This document shows positions 12,698 through 25,200 of a stretch of DNA of 64,000 bases, in pieces; position 1 is the stretch's first letter; the number at the start of each line of letters is the position of its first letter. The notes under the pieces are model-generated. The model ran no database searches, was not told where the DNA came from, and saw nothing but the letters and a program-made list of their open reading frames with translations. Source of the stretch: Carcharhinus amblyrhynchos (taxonomy: Eukaryota); NCBI GenBank assembly GCA_965287045.1, contig OZ336892.1, positions 5,146,001 through 5,210,000 of the forward strand. Direction: 5' to 3'. A program made the translations under genes and the position numbers.

Positions 12698-12838
12698 TGC
12701 TTTGACAAAGGGGCATCTGAACTCGAAACGTCAGCTCTTTTCTCCCCTTGCCGATGCTGCCAGACCTGCTGAGATTTTCCAGCATTTTTTCTTTCGGTTG
12801 CAGATTCCAGCATCTGCAGGAATTTGCTTTTATTTTCT
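12698..12838 (-). mobile_element. Penelope-like terminal repeat copy inserted in a Deu-domain fragment
   Basis: Reverse complement of 11644-11776; flanked on both sides by TAGGCATTGC (12691-12700 and 12840-12849), a 10-bp TSD-like direct repeat. Confidence 0.7.
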
Positions 12839-12960
12839 ATAGGCATTGCCCCCCTGACCCCGGGCTAAATTCCCGATAAGGGACCTCAGTTTAACGTGAG
12901 GCTGTTCCATGCAATTGTGATTGTAAACACAATAACATTTTCCCCCTCAGTATTTCAACA

Positions 12961-13215
12961 TTTTATTTATTAGTGTCACAGATAGGCTTACATTAACACT
13001 GCAATGAAATTACTGTGCAGTTCCCCTAGTCGCGACGCTCCGACGCCTGTTCGGGTACAGTGAGGGAGAATTTAGCACGGCCAATGCACCTAACCAACAC
13101 GTCTTTCGTACTGTGGGAGGAAACCGGAGCACCCGAAGGAAACCCACACAGACACGGGGAGAATGTGCAGTCAGACAGTGAACAGGGGGCAGGAATCGAA
13201 CCCGGGTCCCACAAA
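12961..13215 (-). mobile_element. V-SINE with alternative 3' tail
   Basis: Antisense V-domain GGGAGGAAACCGGAGCACCCGAAGGAAACCCAC; tail shared with 21938-22208 and 29955-30205. Confidence 0.85.
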
Positions 13216-15554
13216 TTGCAGTGGAGCCTACAGCGTTCCAATGCTATGCAGGAGGTTTAAAAATAACTGGTTTGGGTAGCAGTGAGCGTTCGTTGTAACG
13301 CAAAATTAGCTTCTGAAAGTTTTAAAAAGGGAGATATTATAGGTTTATTTGAAGTGTTTTCATTTCTGATTGGGCAATAATCTACCAAAGTAGATTTGTA
13401 AACACAGGATCAACTTCAGTGAGTTTGCAAAGTGAAGCTGGTCTCCGAACAGAGAAGGAAGGGTTAGAGCCCCTGTCACAATCGCTCCCGTGAAACCAGA
13501 AAAGGATTATAACAAATAACATCTTATTATAGGAGAAATTTACAAGTTGATTTAACGCCCTATTTAATTGTGAATTTCGATATGCGTCTCAATTATGAGC
13601 TGAATTGTCACTGACACAATTCCAGGCACCGTTTAGTTTCTACACTGAACGATATTTTCGCATCCAGAATTAAAGAGGGAAAATGTGGATTAGCAGGAAA
13701 ATGAATAAATTAAATTGCATTGAAAAACCCGATGTGGTTCTGATCAAATTAAGTTCCCAATGCAGTCACTGCTGCTAATGCAAATAAATAATCCCTGGTC
13801 TGATAACTTTTTTAACTAAGCTACCGCCTCACGAAAAATGCAGGCCACGAAAAAGTCAACCCAACAATTGTGCTTTTTCCACTGAGATTTCTCAGCCTCT
13901 CCCCACCCCCCATGTTAAAAATAATCAGCCCCCGCCCACCTTAAAGTGAGTAACTGAAGGAGACTGGATAAAATCAAAAAGGGTTCGAATAAACTGAGCA
14001 CAAATTACACTGAAATGTCTTCACACTCACTTTCCTCGGGACATCCAGTCAAGGGAATAACTTATTCATTGTAATAAGGCGAAAACATCCTGAAACGGGA
14101 CAAATATGTCTTAAGGTTGGTAGGTTAGTGCTGGAATCAATTCCTTTCCACAACCATGTCTCATTCCCTCCCAGCTTCTAGGTGTTTCGCCTATGTTGAG
14201 GTTTGCTCCAACTGGCTGCCCACTCTCTCGCGAAAGGAAAGGTTTGAAATGAATTCCCTTTTAACATTGGCGACTCAACTGTGGAGAAGTAACGGTTTGA
14301 CAGCTGATCAGATATCCTTACTACTGGCCTAGACTTTTAATCCTTCACTTCCAGTGGCTGAACGCCAAGGGTTCCAAAGATTGCCAAGTCAATACTGTAT
14401 CTAAATCAAATTCTCATTCACAACCAACTCATTTCTTCCATGTTGCCAGCTTCTTCCACTCTCCCCTCCGAAAAAAGCTTTAGATATTTCTAATCAAATT
14501 AATTTTGTTTTAAATCAGCCAGAGGCTTTATGAGCCAGTTCCAAGGAAGTTTCTAACCACAACTCCTTACAGCGCCCTCTCAATTCACTGAAAGTTCGGG
14601 TATTTGCTGAATTAGAGGCTTTGTGTTCGGGATACCTGCGAGCGGGGGACACAGAAGGTTCACAGGTTGCGTGAGAGCCTGGTTTTGGTTCAAATCTTAG
14701 TCATCAGAAGTCAAAGACAGAGAGGAAACATCAGGAGTTGGATCCCCTCACCCTCTCTTGTTATCACGGCGCTACATTTTATAGCCTTTTAACTCTTCAT
14801 CCGCCTGTATCACCTCTATCTATATTCATATGCGATGTATGTGTTATTCTGATTGAATGTCGGATGAAGCTAATTTTATTTCTAAAGTTCTTGATGACTC
14901 GGCGAGAAGATAATCATCTCAGCCTGTCCTCATAACAACCTCAACTCGACTCCATTCACACCTAACAAGCCCATACCACGAGCAATACAAAGATAGAGTC
15001 ATCAATGAAAACAAAACCAGCTCAGAATGGAAAATGCTTCCTCTGACTGCCCTGAATCATTTTTTATCAGCCTCCCTAACCCCCGGCGTTTTCATTTCGC
15101 TGTATCAGTGGGTGAAACATATTTGAAAGTTATCTTATTATCTACAGAAATTGAGACAAAATAAATCTTAATCACGGATTTCAGCCTGTTACGAACGAGT
15201 GGGCGCTGCCTCGCATCTGGTTGGATCTAAATGATTGAGTGTTTCACTAGTTCAGTGGTGCGGAATTGCTGCTTTAACACTGGGAACGGCCCGCGCCATT
15301 CTCGGTGTGGACCAGTTACAGAAGGTCTGGGATTTTCTAACAGGAGCCAATAACACCCAATAATAAAAATATTAATTGAAATGATCCTAAATTATTTCAG
15401 GAACCCCACTGGACAGTTTGCTCGGTAAAGCGTCCGAAAACCCGTTTATATTTATTGCACAATTCTCTCAACGTAGAGTCCAATTTATGATTTATATTGG
15501 GCTACCTATTGGAATCTTTATTTGAAAATTTTATTTCGAAGATACGAAAGTCTG

Positions 15555-15972
15555 AGATCACGTACCAACCGACTCAAGAACATTTTCTCCCCTGCTGTCA
15601 TCAGACTTTTGAAAGGATCTACCTCGCACTAAGTTGATCTTTCTCTACACCCTAGCTATGACTGTAATTTGATTTGATTTAATTTATTATTGTCACATGT
15701 ATTTTCATACAGTGAAAAGTATTGTTCCTTGCGCACTATACAGACAAAACATACCGTTCATAGAGAAGGAAAGGAGAGCGTGCAGAATGTGCAGTTATAG
15801 CTAGGGGTTAGAGAAAGATCAACTTAATGCAAGGTAAATCCATCCAAAAATCTGCACTCCCCTTTCCTTCTCTATGTACGGTATGCTTTGTCTGTAAAGC
15901 ACGCAAGAAACAATACTTTTCACTGTATACTATTACATATGAAAATAATAAACCAAATCAAATCAAATCAAA
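15555..15972. mobile_element. Rex1/Babar 3' end (+) containing an inverted copy of the same family (about 15668-15854, -)
   Basis: The + copy breaks after GACTGTAA and resumes at TCTGCACTCC. The insert begins with (ATTTG)n and the host ends with (AAATC)n. Confidence 0.8.
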
Positions 15973-16084
15973 TTTCTGTTTAAAATCCACTTGTTCACTA
16001 CATTCCCGGCTCTTATTGTATAAACAGGTTTCGCACATTCAAGCTTCAGTTAAAAGCTTGAACAGCCAAACTCCTAAATGGAAG

Positions 16085-16258
16085 AGGAACATCCAAAGAT
16101 TAGGTTGATTGGCCGTGGAAAATTGCCCCTTAGTGTCAGAGGGACTAGTAGAGTAGATATGTGGGATTACGGGCATTCTGTCTTGGTGGGATTGTAGCTA
16201 GTGTAGCTCGATGGGCCAAATGGCCCCCTCCTGCACTCTCAGGGTTCTATGATTCTAT
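16085..16258 (+). mobile_element. HE1-like SINE 3' half
   Basis: TCCAAAGAT...TAGGTTGATTGGCC...AAATTGCCCCTTAGTGTC...TTCTATGATTCTAT. Confidence 0.75.
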
Positions 16259-17339
16259 CTCATTCACTTTGAAGAGGGAGTCTGGCGCGGCTAAAGACTG
16301 GCGCTCTTTAAACTCTTCCTTTTAGATACAGCATTGTTCAAAGCGATATGAGGGAATCACCAATAAATTAATCCCCAAGGATGTCTTTCGGGCGATATGT
16401 AGAAATGCGAAGAGATTGATCAAAAACTGCAATTGTTTTTTGAACGCTGGATCTCAGGCCGGCCTGTTGTGTATTCTCAGCTCCGGTTTCCACGGTAAGG
16501 AGGCAGGTTGTTTGGAGCAGACACCGCATTGGGAGGAAGCAGAACCGGGGGTGGCCGGCGGTGGCGTCAAGCCATCCACCTCCGGATTGTTTCAGAAAAT
16601 GTTCACCAGTATTGTGAAAATATAATCTATATTACAACTAATTTAAGGTAAATTATTTGTGTTTTTACACCTGAGAGTAGGTAGAAGTCTAAATAAATTC
16701 TGAAAGTGTGAATGACTGAAACTAGATTGAGTGGAACACAGTGGCAAAATTTATCTTCCAATCTCCCGGACGCGGGCAGGGTAAGAATTACATTTATTGG
16801 AGCCGATTTGCCACGAGGAAGGGTTCATTCAACCGGGGGGGGGGGGGGGCATTCACCACAACCTGCCTCGGTGGGGTTGGATATGACTTTTGCAAATAAA
16901 CTCGTCACGGAGGGGAAAGTGAAGAATATATTGTAAACGGGGACCTCACTTACCGCAGAGGCCATGAATCACTGAGGGGGTGGGGTGGGGTGGGGTGTGG
17001 GGGCATTCACCAGAGTGGTCTTTTCACCGTGGTGACAATAGAAAACATCATGTTTATTAATCAGAAACTCACCTCAGATATTAGAGGGGACCTTTCTCCG
17101 AACCGCAGAGTATCTGGTTGACTGGGGAGGGCGTCACTGACAAGAGAGGATCTTGTTTAATTAGAATACATGGACTGGTGGCCATTCAGTCCACGCGAGG
17201 ACCGTCACCCAGTAGATAGGTTCTCATTGTAAACAATTCATGAGAAAGGATCTCAAACGACCAGAGAAGATCTAATTCAATAAAGAGATCTCAGTAAACT
17301 GTTGAATCTCAGTCTTTGGAGATGATTTCAGTGTTTGGT

Positions 17340-17642
17340 GAAAATTTCACTGAGTGAGATCAGTCACTGAGTGAGATTAGTATTAAATGGGATTTCACTG
17401 GATGAGATTTTACTGGTTGGGGTTTCACTAGATGAAATTTCACTGCTTGAAAGTTCACTGGATGGGATTTCACTGGATGAGATTTCATTGGATGAGATTT
17501 CACTGGATGAGATTACATTGGTTGGGATTTTACTGGATGAGATTTCACTGATTGGAGTTTCACTGGATGAGATTTCACTGGATGGGATTTCAATAATTGA
17601 GATTTCATTGGATGAGATTTCACAGGATCAGATTTCACTGAA
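17340..17642 (+). repeat. 15-bp minisatellite (GATGAGATTTCACTG)n, about 20 copies
   Basis: Directly visible tandem units; they translate as DEISL repeats in ORF 17371-17658. Confidence 0.95.
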
Positions 17643-19700
17643 TTTCCTGATTTCCTGACTGCAGCAGATTTCGCCTATTCATTAGTCAGGAACAGAAATT
17701 CCTATATTGATCTGATTTTTAATCAGAAACATTTGGCAATATGTTGCTAGAATCAACTCCCTGTCCAACAATTCCATGAATTATAGGAAACATAAAAGGT
17801 GTACGGATATGTGCTGATATATAAACAAGTCCCAAACAATTGTGATTGAGGAACATTGTAAAAGACATGTTATATTGATGGTATGATGGAAGGCTTGTTC
17901 ATTTTACGTTGATATCAGATGAACAGTATATTAATGCTCTGGTTGATTATACTAATTGTATAGTGATGGTATACTGATGTTACATGAACAGTACATTATT
18001 AGTGTATGAATGATGTGTTCATGACTGATGAATCATAAAGAAATACTTCATTTAAAAATCCCTCTAAAGAAATTTCCATTTATGCTAGGATAGAAAATGA
18101 TCAAAAATCAAATTTCCCAAACGTTTTCCTTATTTATATTTCCTGTCCTACAAATGTATATTGTTGAATTCTGTGCTAGCTGCTGAACCACACAGAGTAA
18201 GATATTTACTTGGTCCAATGGCCCAGTTGATTTAGTTGTCCCATTGTGATACCTGTTTTTGTAATTGAGACTATCAAAATGTAAATAAGAAATATTGAAT
18301 TGACTAGAGTCAAGAATTTAGGGAGAGTTGCTTGTCCATGTCTAGAGTTTGGTTCAGTCACTCTGTAATTTACTTCTCCCAGAGCTGCCAAAGCCTCCTC
18401 CTCAGCTGGACGTCTGGTGTAGCTTCTTCTCTTTGAATTGGTTTTCCCATTTCACGAATGTTCAGGGATAGGTTGTTTGAAACCTTTGGCAGACTCATGA
18501 TGTGCGATTATAACCTGCAATCCCCAATTTGTCACTGGAAATGGACATCACCTATCTCTTTAATGGACACAGATATCAGTCCTAACCCCCTCTCTGTGTA
18601 TAGATACAAGCCACTGTCTCCTTGCTAGACAAAGAGACCAGACCCAGTCTTTTCTCTGGCCACAGACATACAAAATAAGAGCAGAAATAGGCCATTTGGC
18701 CTCTCCTATCTGCTCTGCCATTTGACAGGATCACGGCTGATCTGTTTGTGTTTCAACTTCACATTCTCATCATCGCCCCCCCACTTCTCCCCCGATAAAC
18801 TTTGTAACAATCAGAGTTGGACTCAAATCTGCCACCTGCTTGTAACATCACAATTCACATCAAAGTCAAATGCCTTATTCCATGCCCAAGGAAGGGAGAG
18901 GAGCTGGTCCCATGGCCTAATAGATAAGTACCTACTGTCAATGAGCTGCACTGTAATGCAGGAGATCCTGCTTCGTCACTGAGATGTGCCTCATCTCTTT
19001 TCTAGTCAACAAGATTCTCTCTTCGAAAGGAGATTCCCTCTAACAATAAGATCCTCTTCACTATCTGAAATTCTACCTACTGGATGACTTCCCATCTAGT
19101 GAGGTTCTCTTTAATAAAAAGAGGACTTCTATTGCCCTCATTGAAAAGGTTATGGATGGAAATGTACAACAACAAACATGCATTTATTTATCACCTATAG
19201 CACAGTGAAATGTCCCAAGGAATTTCACAGGGACCTTATTAAACAAAATGAATGCCAAGTCCCATTTGATGATACATGGATGGGTGCCTAAAAACAGTTT
19301 TCTTACAGTAGGTTCTCAGGCACCTGCTAAATGAAGGTGGTTAGATTTAAGGAGAGAATTTTAGAGCCTGGTAATAAGTAGCTGAAGCAGAACCACCAAC
19401 AGGAATGTGATTAAAATCGAAGATGCTCAAGAAATCTGAATTGGTGGAGTGCAGTTATCACAGAATGTTACTGGGCTGGAGGAAGTTACAAAGGACAGAG
19501 AGGGATAGGTTTTGAAAGGATTTGAACACAAGGTTCAGAATTTTAAAATTGAGATATTAAAGGACTGGGAGCCAATGTCTTTCAGAAATACAGGGGTCTT
19601 GGGCGAAGAGGACATTATGTGATTTGGAGTTTTGGATGGGGTTTTGCAGAATGAAAGGTGGGAAGGTGTTTTAGGAGAGAAGTATCAGATGAGTGACAAT

Positions 19701-19827
19701 GGCCAGAAATTTACTGCAATGTGTGCCCCAGAATCAAGGTGGGTGCGGCTCACAGAATGGAATTCTCTGTTGGCCTCAGGCTGGATTTTACGAACTTCGC
19801 CCAAGTGAAGTCATAAAACCCCAGCCA
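19701..19827. mobile_element. Short MITE-like element; related copy at about 23765-23880
   Basis: Imperfect inverted ends GGCCAGAAATTTA...TAAAACCCCAGCC. Both copies share TCTCTGTTGGCCTC(A/G)GGC(T/G)GGATTTTACGA. Confidence 0.5.
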
Positions 19828-21479
19828 GGGTGCGAGCAACCTCTCAAAGCAGAGGCATTAATGCTGAACCTTCATCCCGACACAAGTCTGGAAGAGGGAG
19901 TTAAATTAGGACCTATTAGAAACACAATTAATTCCCCTGAAAATGGGAAAGGCTCTTGTGAAATATTGGAATTATGAGCATTCCTTCCATTTCAGCCAGA
20001 CAATGACCTGGCAATTTAGGAGCTGATGCAAAATCTGACACAACCCATACCCAATGAGATTTCACATATCCCATCTCCAAGCATGAGCATTAAGTACTCT
20101 GTACCCAATATTCAAACATATCCTTTCTGTACCCAGTGGAACTTCACTTTTTCAGTTTGTACACAGTAAGATTGCACATACTCCTGGTGCTGTACACAGG
20201 GAGGTTACAAATAAACCTCCTCTATCAAAGGAGGCACCTCTAAACATACTTCTTCTGTATTCAGTTCATTCCCAATGGTATCCAATATATTAACTCTATT
20301 CCCAATGGGATTGTAGTTACACATATTAATTTTTCACCCAATCCACTTACACATACCTAGTTTGTACTAAATGTGATGACTTTTTTCCATTATGTACACA
20401 TTGAATAGAAAATCTCTACTGTTTGTCCAAGGGTTACATAGTCATATTTTATTGATAGGTAATTTGGAGTAAATTCCCACTCAATTCTAAGTATACTATG
20501 TACTTATTTGCTGTCAAGCATAAGCCAGTGTGAAGGAATTCTTTACTCATTGTAACAATTTATAAAATAGGGCCATCAATCAGCCGCTACTGAGGCTGTT
20601 CTACATCAAGGCACAAACATATTATTCAGTTATGAACTTCATCAGTGACCTGAATCAAGTCACTTTGTCACGTATGTAACATCGAACTGTCTGGAAAACT
20701 GATAACCTTCAATCCCTTCAAACCCACATTGACTTTAAAACATCGGTTAGATGTGGAACAGGTTCTTGAGAAAGTCCTGGATAACACTAATGTTACCCTT
20801 GATGTAGGTGATCCACTTTCAAAATGAAACCTCTTGTGATAAGTATATAACATGATAATTGCATTATTGTTTATATAGAGCCCAAACACTTTAATAATTC
20901 ATTACTCTTTGAAATCCAATAACTGGTTTCAGGTAAGGATACAGGAAACACATTCCACTAATAGTGTTTTTTGCGATTGTCTAAGTCAGGGACTCAGGGT
21001 GATTTCTTCACTTTCCCTTGAATAGTGCAATGGAATATTTTAGTAGCAATTTTAGCCAACACGTTAGTCTGGAACCTTCCAACATTCAGCATTCTTGGTG
21101 CGAGTGTTAAATGTATGAGTGTTAAATACATGACTTCAAGTCTGATGAATCCATTGAGACAGTAGTTTTACCAATTCAACTAAAAAAGCATTTGGGATTT
21201 GTCAAGAAATTTCAAAGCTAACTGAGGAAGGTTGGTCTGGGAGATGTTTTGCAGGGAGGCACTTATTGGTAGATTGATGTTGTGTCTTCTGTGTTCTGAT
21301 GATTACACTGAGAAATTTGTACTGGGCGGGTTTCACAGGAAGGTTGGTGGTTTTTTATGTGTTGTGGGGATGTGCACTGGTAAATTTGTGCTGGGAGAGA
21401 AGGGGAGTTTTTGAGAGTTTTTTTAATGGGAGGCTTACAATAGCACGGTGCCTCAAACAGAGATTGTTCCAGTAGCAAA

Positions 21480-21585
21480 CTGTGTGTCTGAGTGTATGTG
21501 TTGTGCGTGTGTCTGTGTCAGTGTGTGTGTGTGTCAGTGTGTAAGTGTGTGTGTCTGTATGTGTGTGTGTGTCAGTGTGTGTGTG
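21480..21585. repeat. Imperfect (TG)n microsatellite
   Basis: Directly visible. Confidence 0.9.
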
Positions 21586-21937
21586 GTGAGATATCATAGC
21601 GAATAAGAGCAGAGAAACAACAGCCTCAGAAAGCTGATAGAAAGATCAGAGGTACTGATGAAGTAAACCTGGTAATGTTCACCAGTGTATCAGCTGAAAA
21701 CACCAGCAGCAATGGGATTAATCAGAGTGTGGCTGCTGTATCACACACACTGTGCCACTCACCCTGTGTCCTGTGTAATTGCTGTGCCCTTTGTTGCTAG
21801 GCATGGTGGGCACCAGGCTAAAATTCTGATGAAGCATTTCTCTTTCAAGACTGCTGTAAATGTTCAATCTTCTCACATTTTATTGTCATCTCTTAATCTG
21901 CATCTTTGCACTAATTTATAGCAAAACAATCCTACCC

Positions 21938-22208
21938 ACAGTGGTTAGCACTGCTGCCTCACAGCGTCAGGGACCTGGGTTCAAATCCTGGCTTGGGCAA
22001 CTGTCCGTGTGGAGTCTGCACGTTCTCCCTATGACTGTGTGGGTTTCCTCTGGGAGCTCTGGTTTCCTCCCACAGTCTGGAAGATGACCTAGTTAGGTGC
22101 ATTGCTCTGAACAGGCGCCGGAGTGTGGCAACTAGGGGAATTTCACAGTAACCCAATTGCAGTGATAATGTAAGCCTTACTTGTGACTAATACATAAACT
22201 TTACTTTA
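21938..22208 (+). mobile_element. V-SINE with alternative tail
   Basis: ACAGTGGTTAGCACTGCTGCCTCACAGC...GGTTCAAATCC head, V-domain, tail GCCTTACTTGTGACTAATACATAAACTTTACTTTAC. Confidence 0.88.
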
Positions 22209-25200
22209 CTCAGTACCCATATTGTTTGTAAAATGAATAGATTAAAACATCTGAACTGAAAATGAAGTAAATTGTAACATTTATATTTACTATTTGTGGT
22301 GGGACATTGCATTCTGCTTCAATACTGTGTTTACAATGAAGAATTGGCAACAATCCTTCAGAATCTTGGGCATGAAGTTGACTTTGACGGTAAAACGTAT
22401 CTGTCCATTTTAACTCTGACAAATGGATTGCTAAAACAAAACTCTTTAAAAAAAACATCCTGCACCTTTCCCGGAAATTCACTCGCTTGGCTTTGAAAGT
22501 CAAGATTGGAATCATTTCTCTACCCATCTTCCCACCTCCAATTTAGCAGGAATAGTTTGGGAATGGGAGGCATAAGGACACCCCCCCCCCCCCCCCCGCC
22601 ACCAGAAGTGTTATCAAGCTGTTACATTTTCTTTCACTGATCGGCAGAAGACCCTTCCCACCTCAGCTCACTGCTAACCTAGAATCCCCAATGGCTGGCA
22701 AAGTGAAACTTGGTGTGTAGTTTTCTTGTGGCGGTGGGGGGGACATGAACATTGTATATTGTTATCAAAACAATTCATATAAACCCCTGAGTTTTGAACA
22801 GTGTTGACCTCACTGGCGGAGCCTTAGAAACTCAGCTACCAGGTGTTGGGCTGGTAGATCTGCGGCGAATGGCGCACCCGAGAAACAGCCTGATGCTGCA
22901 ACGGTGTGCCATTCAGGTGATCAGAGGGGCCGAATGGCCTTCGTCGTCGCAACCGATCGAGTGACAGTTGTAGAATCTGGAGATGCTGAACGTTTCACTC
23001 TGTCTCCCCAGTTAAATTCCTGTTGGGGTTGAGTGGCGGAGGCGCTGTGGGAAGCCAGTGGAGGAGTTAGTGTGACGCTGAAGGGGAGTTTAGCATCATC
23101 ACCCCCTTCCCCGGGGCAATTAGGGAAGGGCAAGGAATAGTGGTCCAGCCAGTGACTCCCAGATTTTCTAAAGAATGAAAATAACAACCCGCGAGGGTGC
23201 GAGACGAAAGAGGAAGGAAATGTTGATTGAGTCGCCCAAATGTCCCCAAGAAAGAGTTTTTGATGCATTTTGTAGAACAGCTTCTCTCCATTCTGAAATG
23301 TGTGCCTGGAGTATTCGGGCGCTCTCTCCAACCCGGTGTCTACAGTTTGCGCTGACTTTAAAACGCATCCATCATCCACTCGCCTTCTTTCCAAAATCAG
23401 AGGCTGTTGAAGTCTTGTCAGATACACCAGCTTCCCGGGCATCCCGGGCTCTTCAGTGAGATGCAGAGAGGCCAGTTGTTACATAGAGATCCCCGGGGAG
23501 CCCGCAGTTCTCTCCAGTGTGCCGACAACTGACTGGATTGGAACAAAACTGTCGCTTAAGGAACCTCTTCTTCCCGCTATTTCCTACATTAGCACATTCA
23601 CTGAGGCGCTTTGGGTTTGGTGAACGTTATGGCGAATTTACCCCCATTGCAAATCTGGAACTCTCTCACTCAAAAGCCTGTTTCAGGCCAGGAGTTCATT
23701 GAGAAAATGCTTGAATGCGTTTGGGTAAGGTTATTACGGCAGAGAGCGGTAGACAGTTAAATTTGGCCGGAATTTTACCTCCTCGCCCGCCCCGATATCG
23801 GGCGAGGCTCGCCGAATTGAAATCTCTGTTGGCCTCGGGCGGGATTTTACGACCCCGTCCGAGCGAGGTTAAAGCTGCCGATCATTCATGATTCGAGGGG
23901 CTGAATGGCCTTTTGTTACTTTTTTTTCTCTATTGGAATGCTAAATCTGCAAGTGTTTGCCACCTTTGTAAACCTGGCTATTGGAAGATGAGAGCCAGGT
24001 TATGGTTCTAGTTTCAACAACAATCAAGATGCTGTATTAAAACAAACTTTACACATCATCACGTGAAATTACCAAACCATCAAATGTCCAAATGAGAGGA
24101 AAGTGTGTCCCTGCCCCCCTCCCACATGACTGAACTCTGAAAAGCAACAACCTGCATTGATGTAGCGCCTTTAAGTGGGCAGAATGTGCCGAGGGCACGG
24201 GCAGGGAGCAATTTATCTCCAGTCTCATTGGATCCCCTTACTCGGTTTCGGATTCCTCTCACCTCCCGCTTAAAGGATTAACCGGGGGGCGGAGCGGGCT
24301 GGAGGGAGAGACTGATAGACCCAGGAACACAAGGATCGGATTATTACTGTAAAAACATTTAATAATCACACAAAACATCATTCCAAGGAATTCATCCCCA
24401 TTTTCAGATATCGATATCTCCGTCCCCAGACAATTGGCACTGGACGTTGTTTTATATCAAACTGTGACAAATGATAATAGATTCTGGTTGTATTGAATGA
24501 AAATGATGACATTTCCTCCTAAATATTCTTAAACACAAAATGAAGAAATAACGGATGGCAGGGCGAGAGGGAGCCTCTTGTACAATCTCAGCCCTGGTTT
24601 CAGATTTGGGTATTAGTTATCCTGGCAATCCTTTCAATTTAATCCTTCCACGGTTCCCGCAATTGAGAGGCAAGTCACGCACTGATTGGATTGTGATAAA
24701 AGATTTGCCCGGGTCAGCGGCATTGCTGTCGCCAGATCTTGAATCAACTGGTTAGAAATGGGGAGTGGTTTCACTGGGCTGAACCGGTTCTCAGATACTG
24801 GGTGGGGAGGGAAATGTCCAGCCCTAACCCTCGGTGTCAGCCGCTGATTTTCTCCTATTCCTTGATCAAAGACACTGACCAGGGGACTGATTGGAGCCGG
24901 AGCCGCTCCCAGAGCAGCGACAATGAGCTAATGAGCCCGGCCCAGCCTCACTCACTCTGCCCCCCCCCCCCCCCCACCCCCGCCCCTGCCCCGGGGCTGC
25001 TTCCTCCCGCCAGCGGCCCCGATTCCAGCTCCGCCGCCACTGGAATCCTCTCTTCATTCGGCCCAATAGACAGCCGTGAGCCAAGAGCCAGAGGCCACTG
25101 GTCAGACTTTTAATTGAAAATAAATCCACCTGCTCCACCATTCAACTGATTTACAAGCGGGTCAGAGTTGGCGGATCAAAGACAGCGGGAGACTGTTAAT

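Noticed and set aside
20020-20420. Degenerate CTGTAC(C/A)CA periodicity, and the TATATTAATCTC periodicity at about 25390-25740
   Set aside because: Too decayed to define a unit; ordinary old minisatellites.
21938-22000. tRNA genes at A/B-box sequences
   Set aside because: These are tRNA-derived SINE heads followed by SINE bodies, with no complete cloverleaf.
22921-23459. 173-aa minus-strand ORF and overlapping ORFs
   Set aside because: No recognisable domain and no supporting exon structure.
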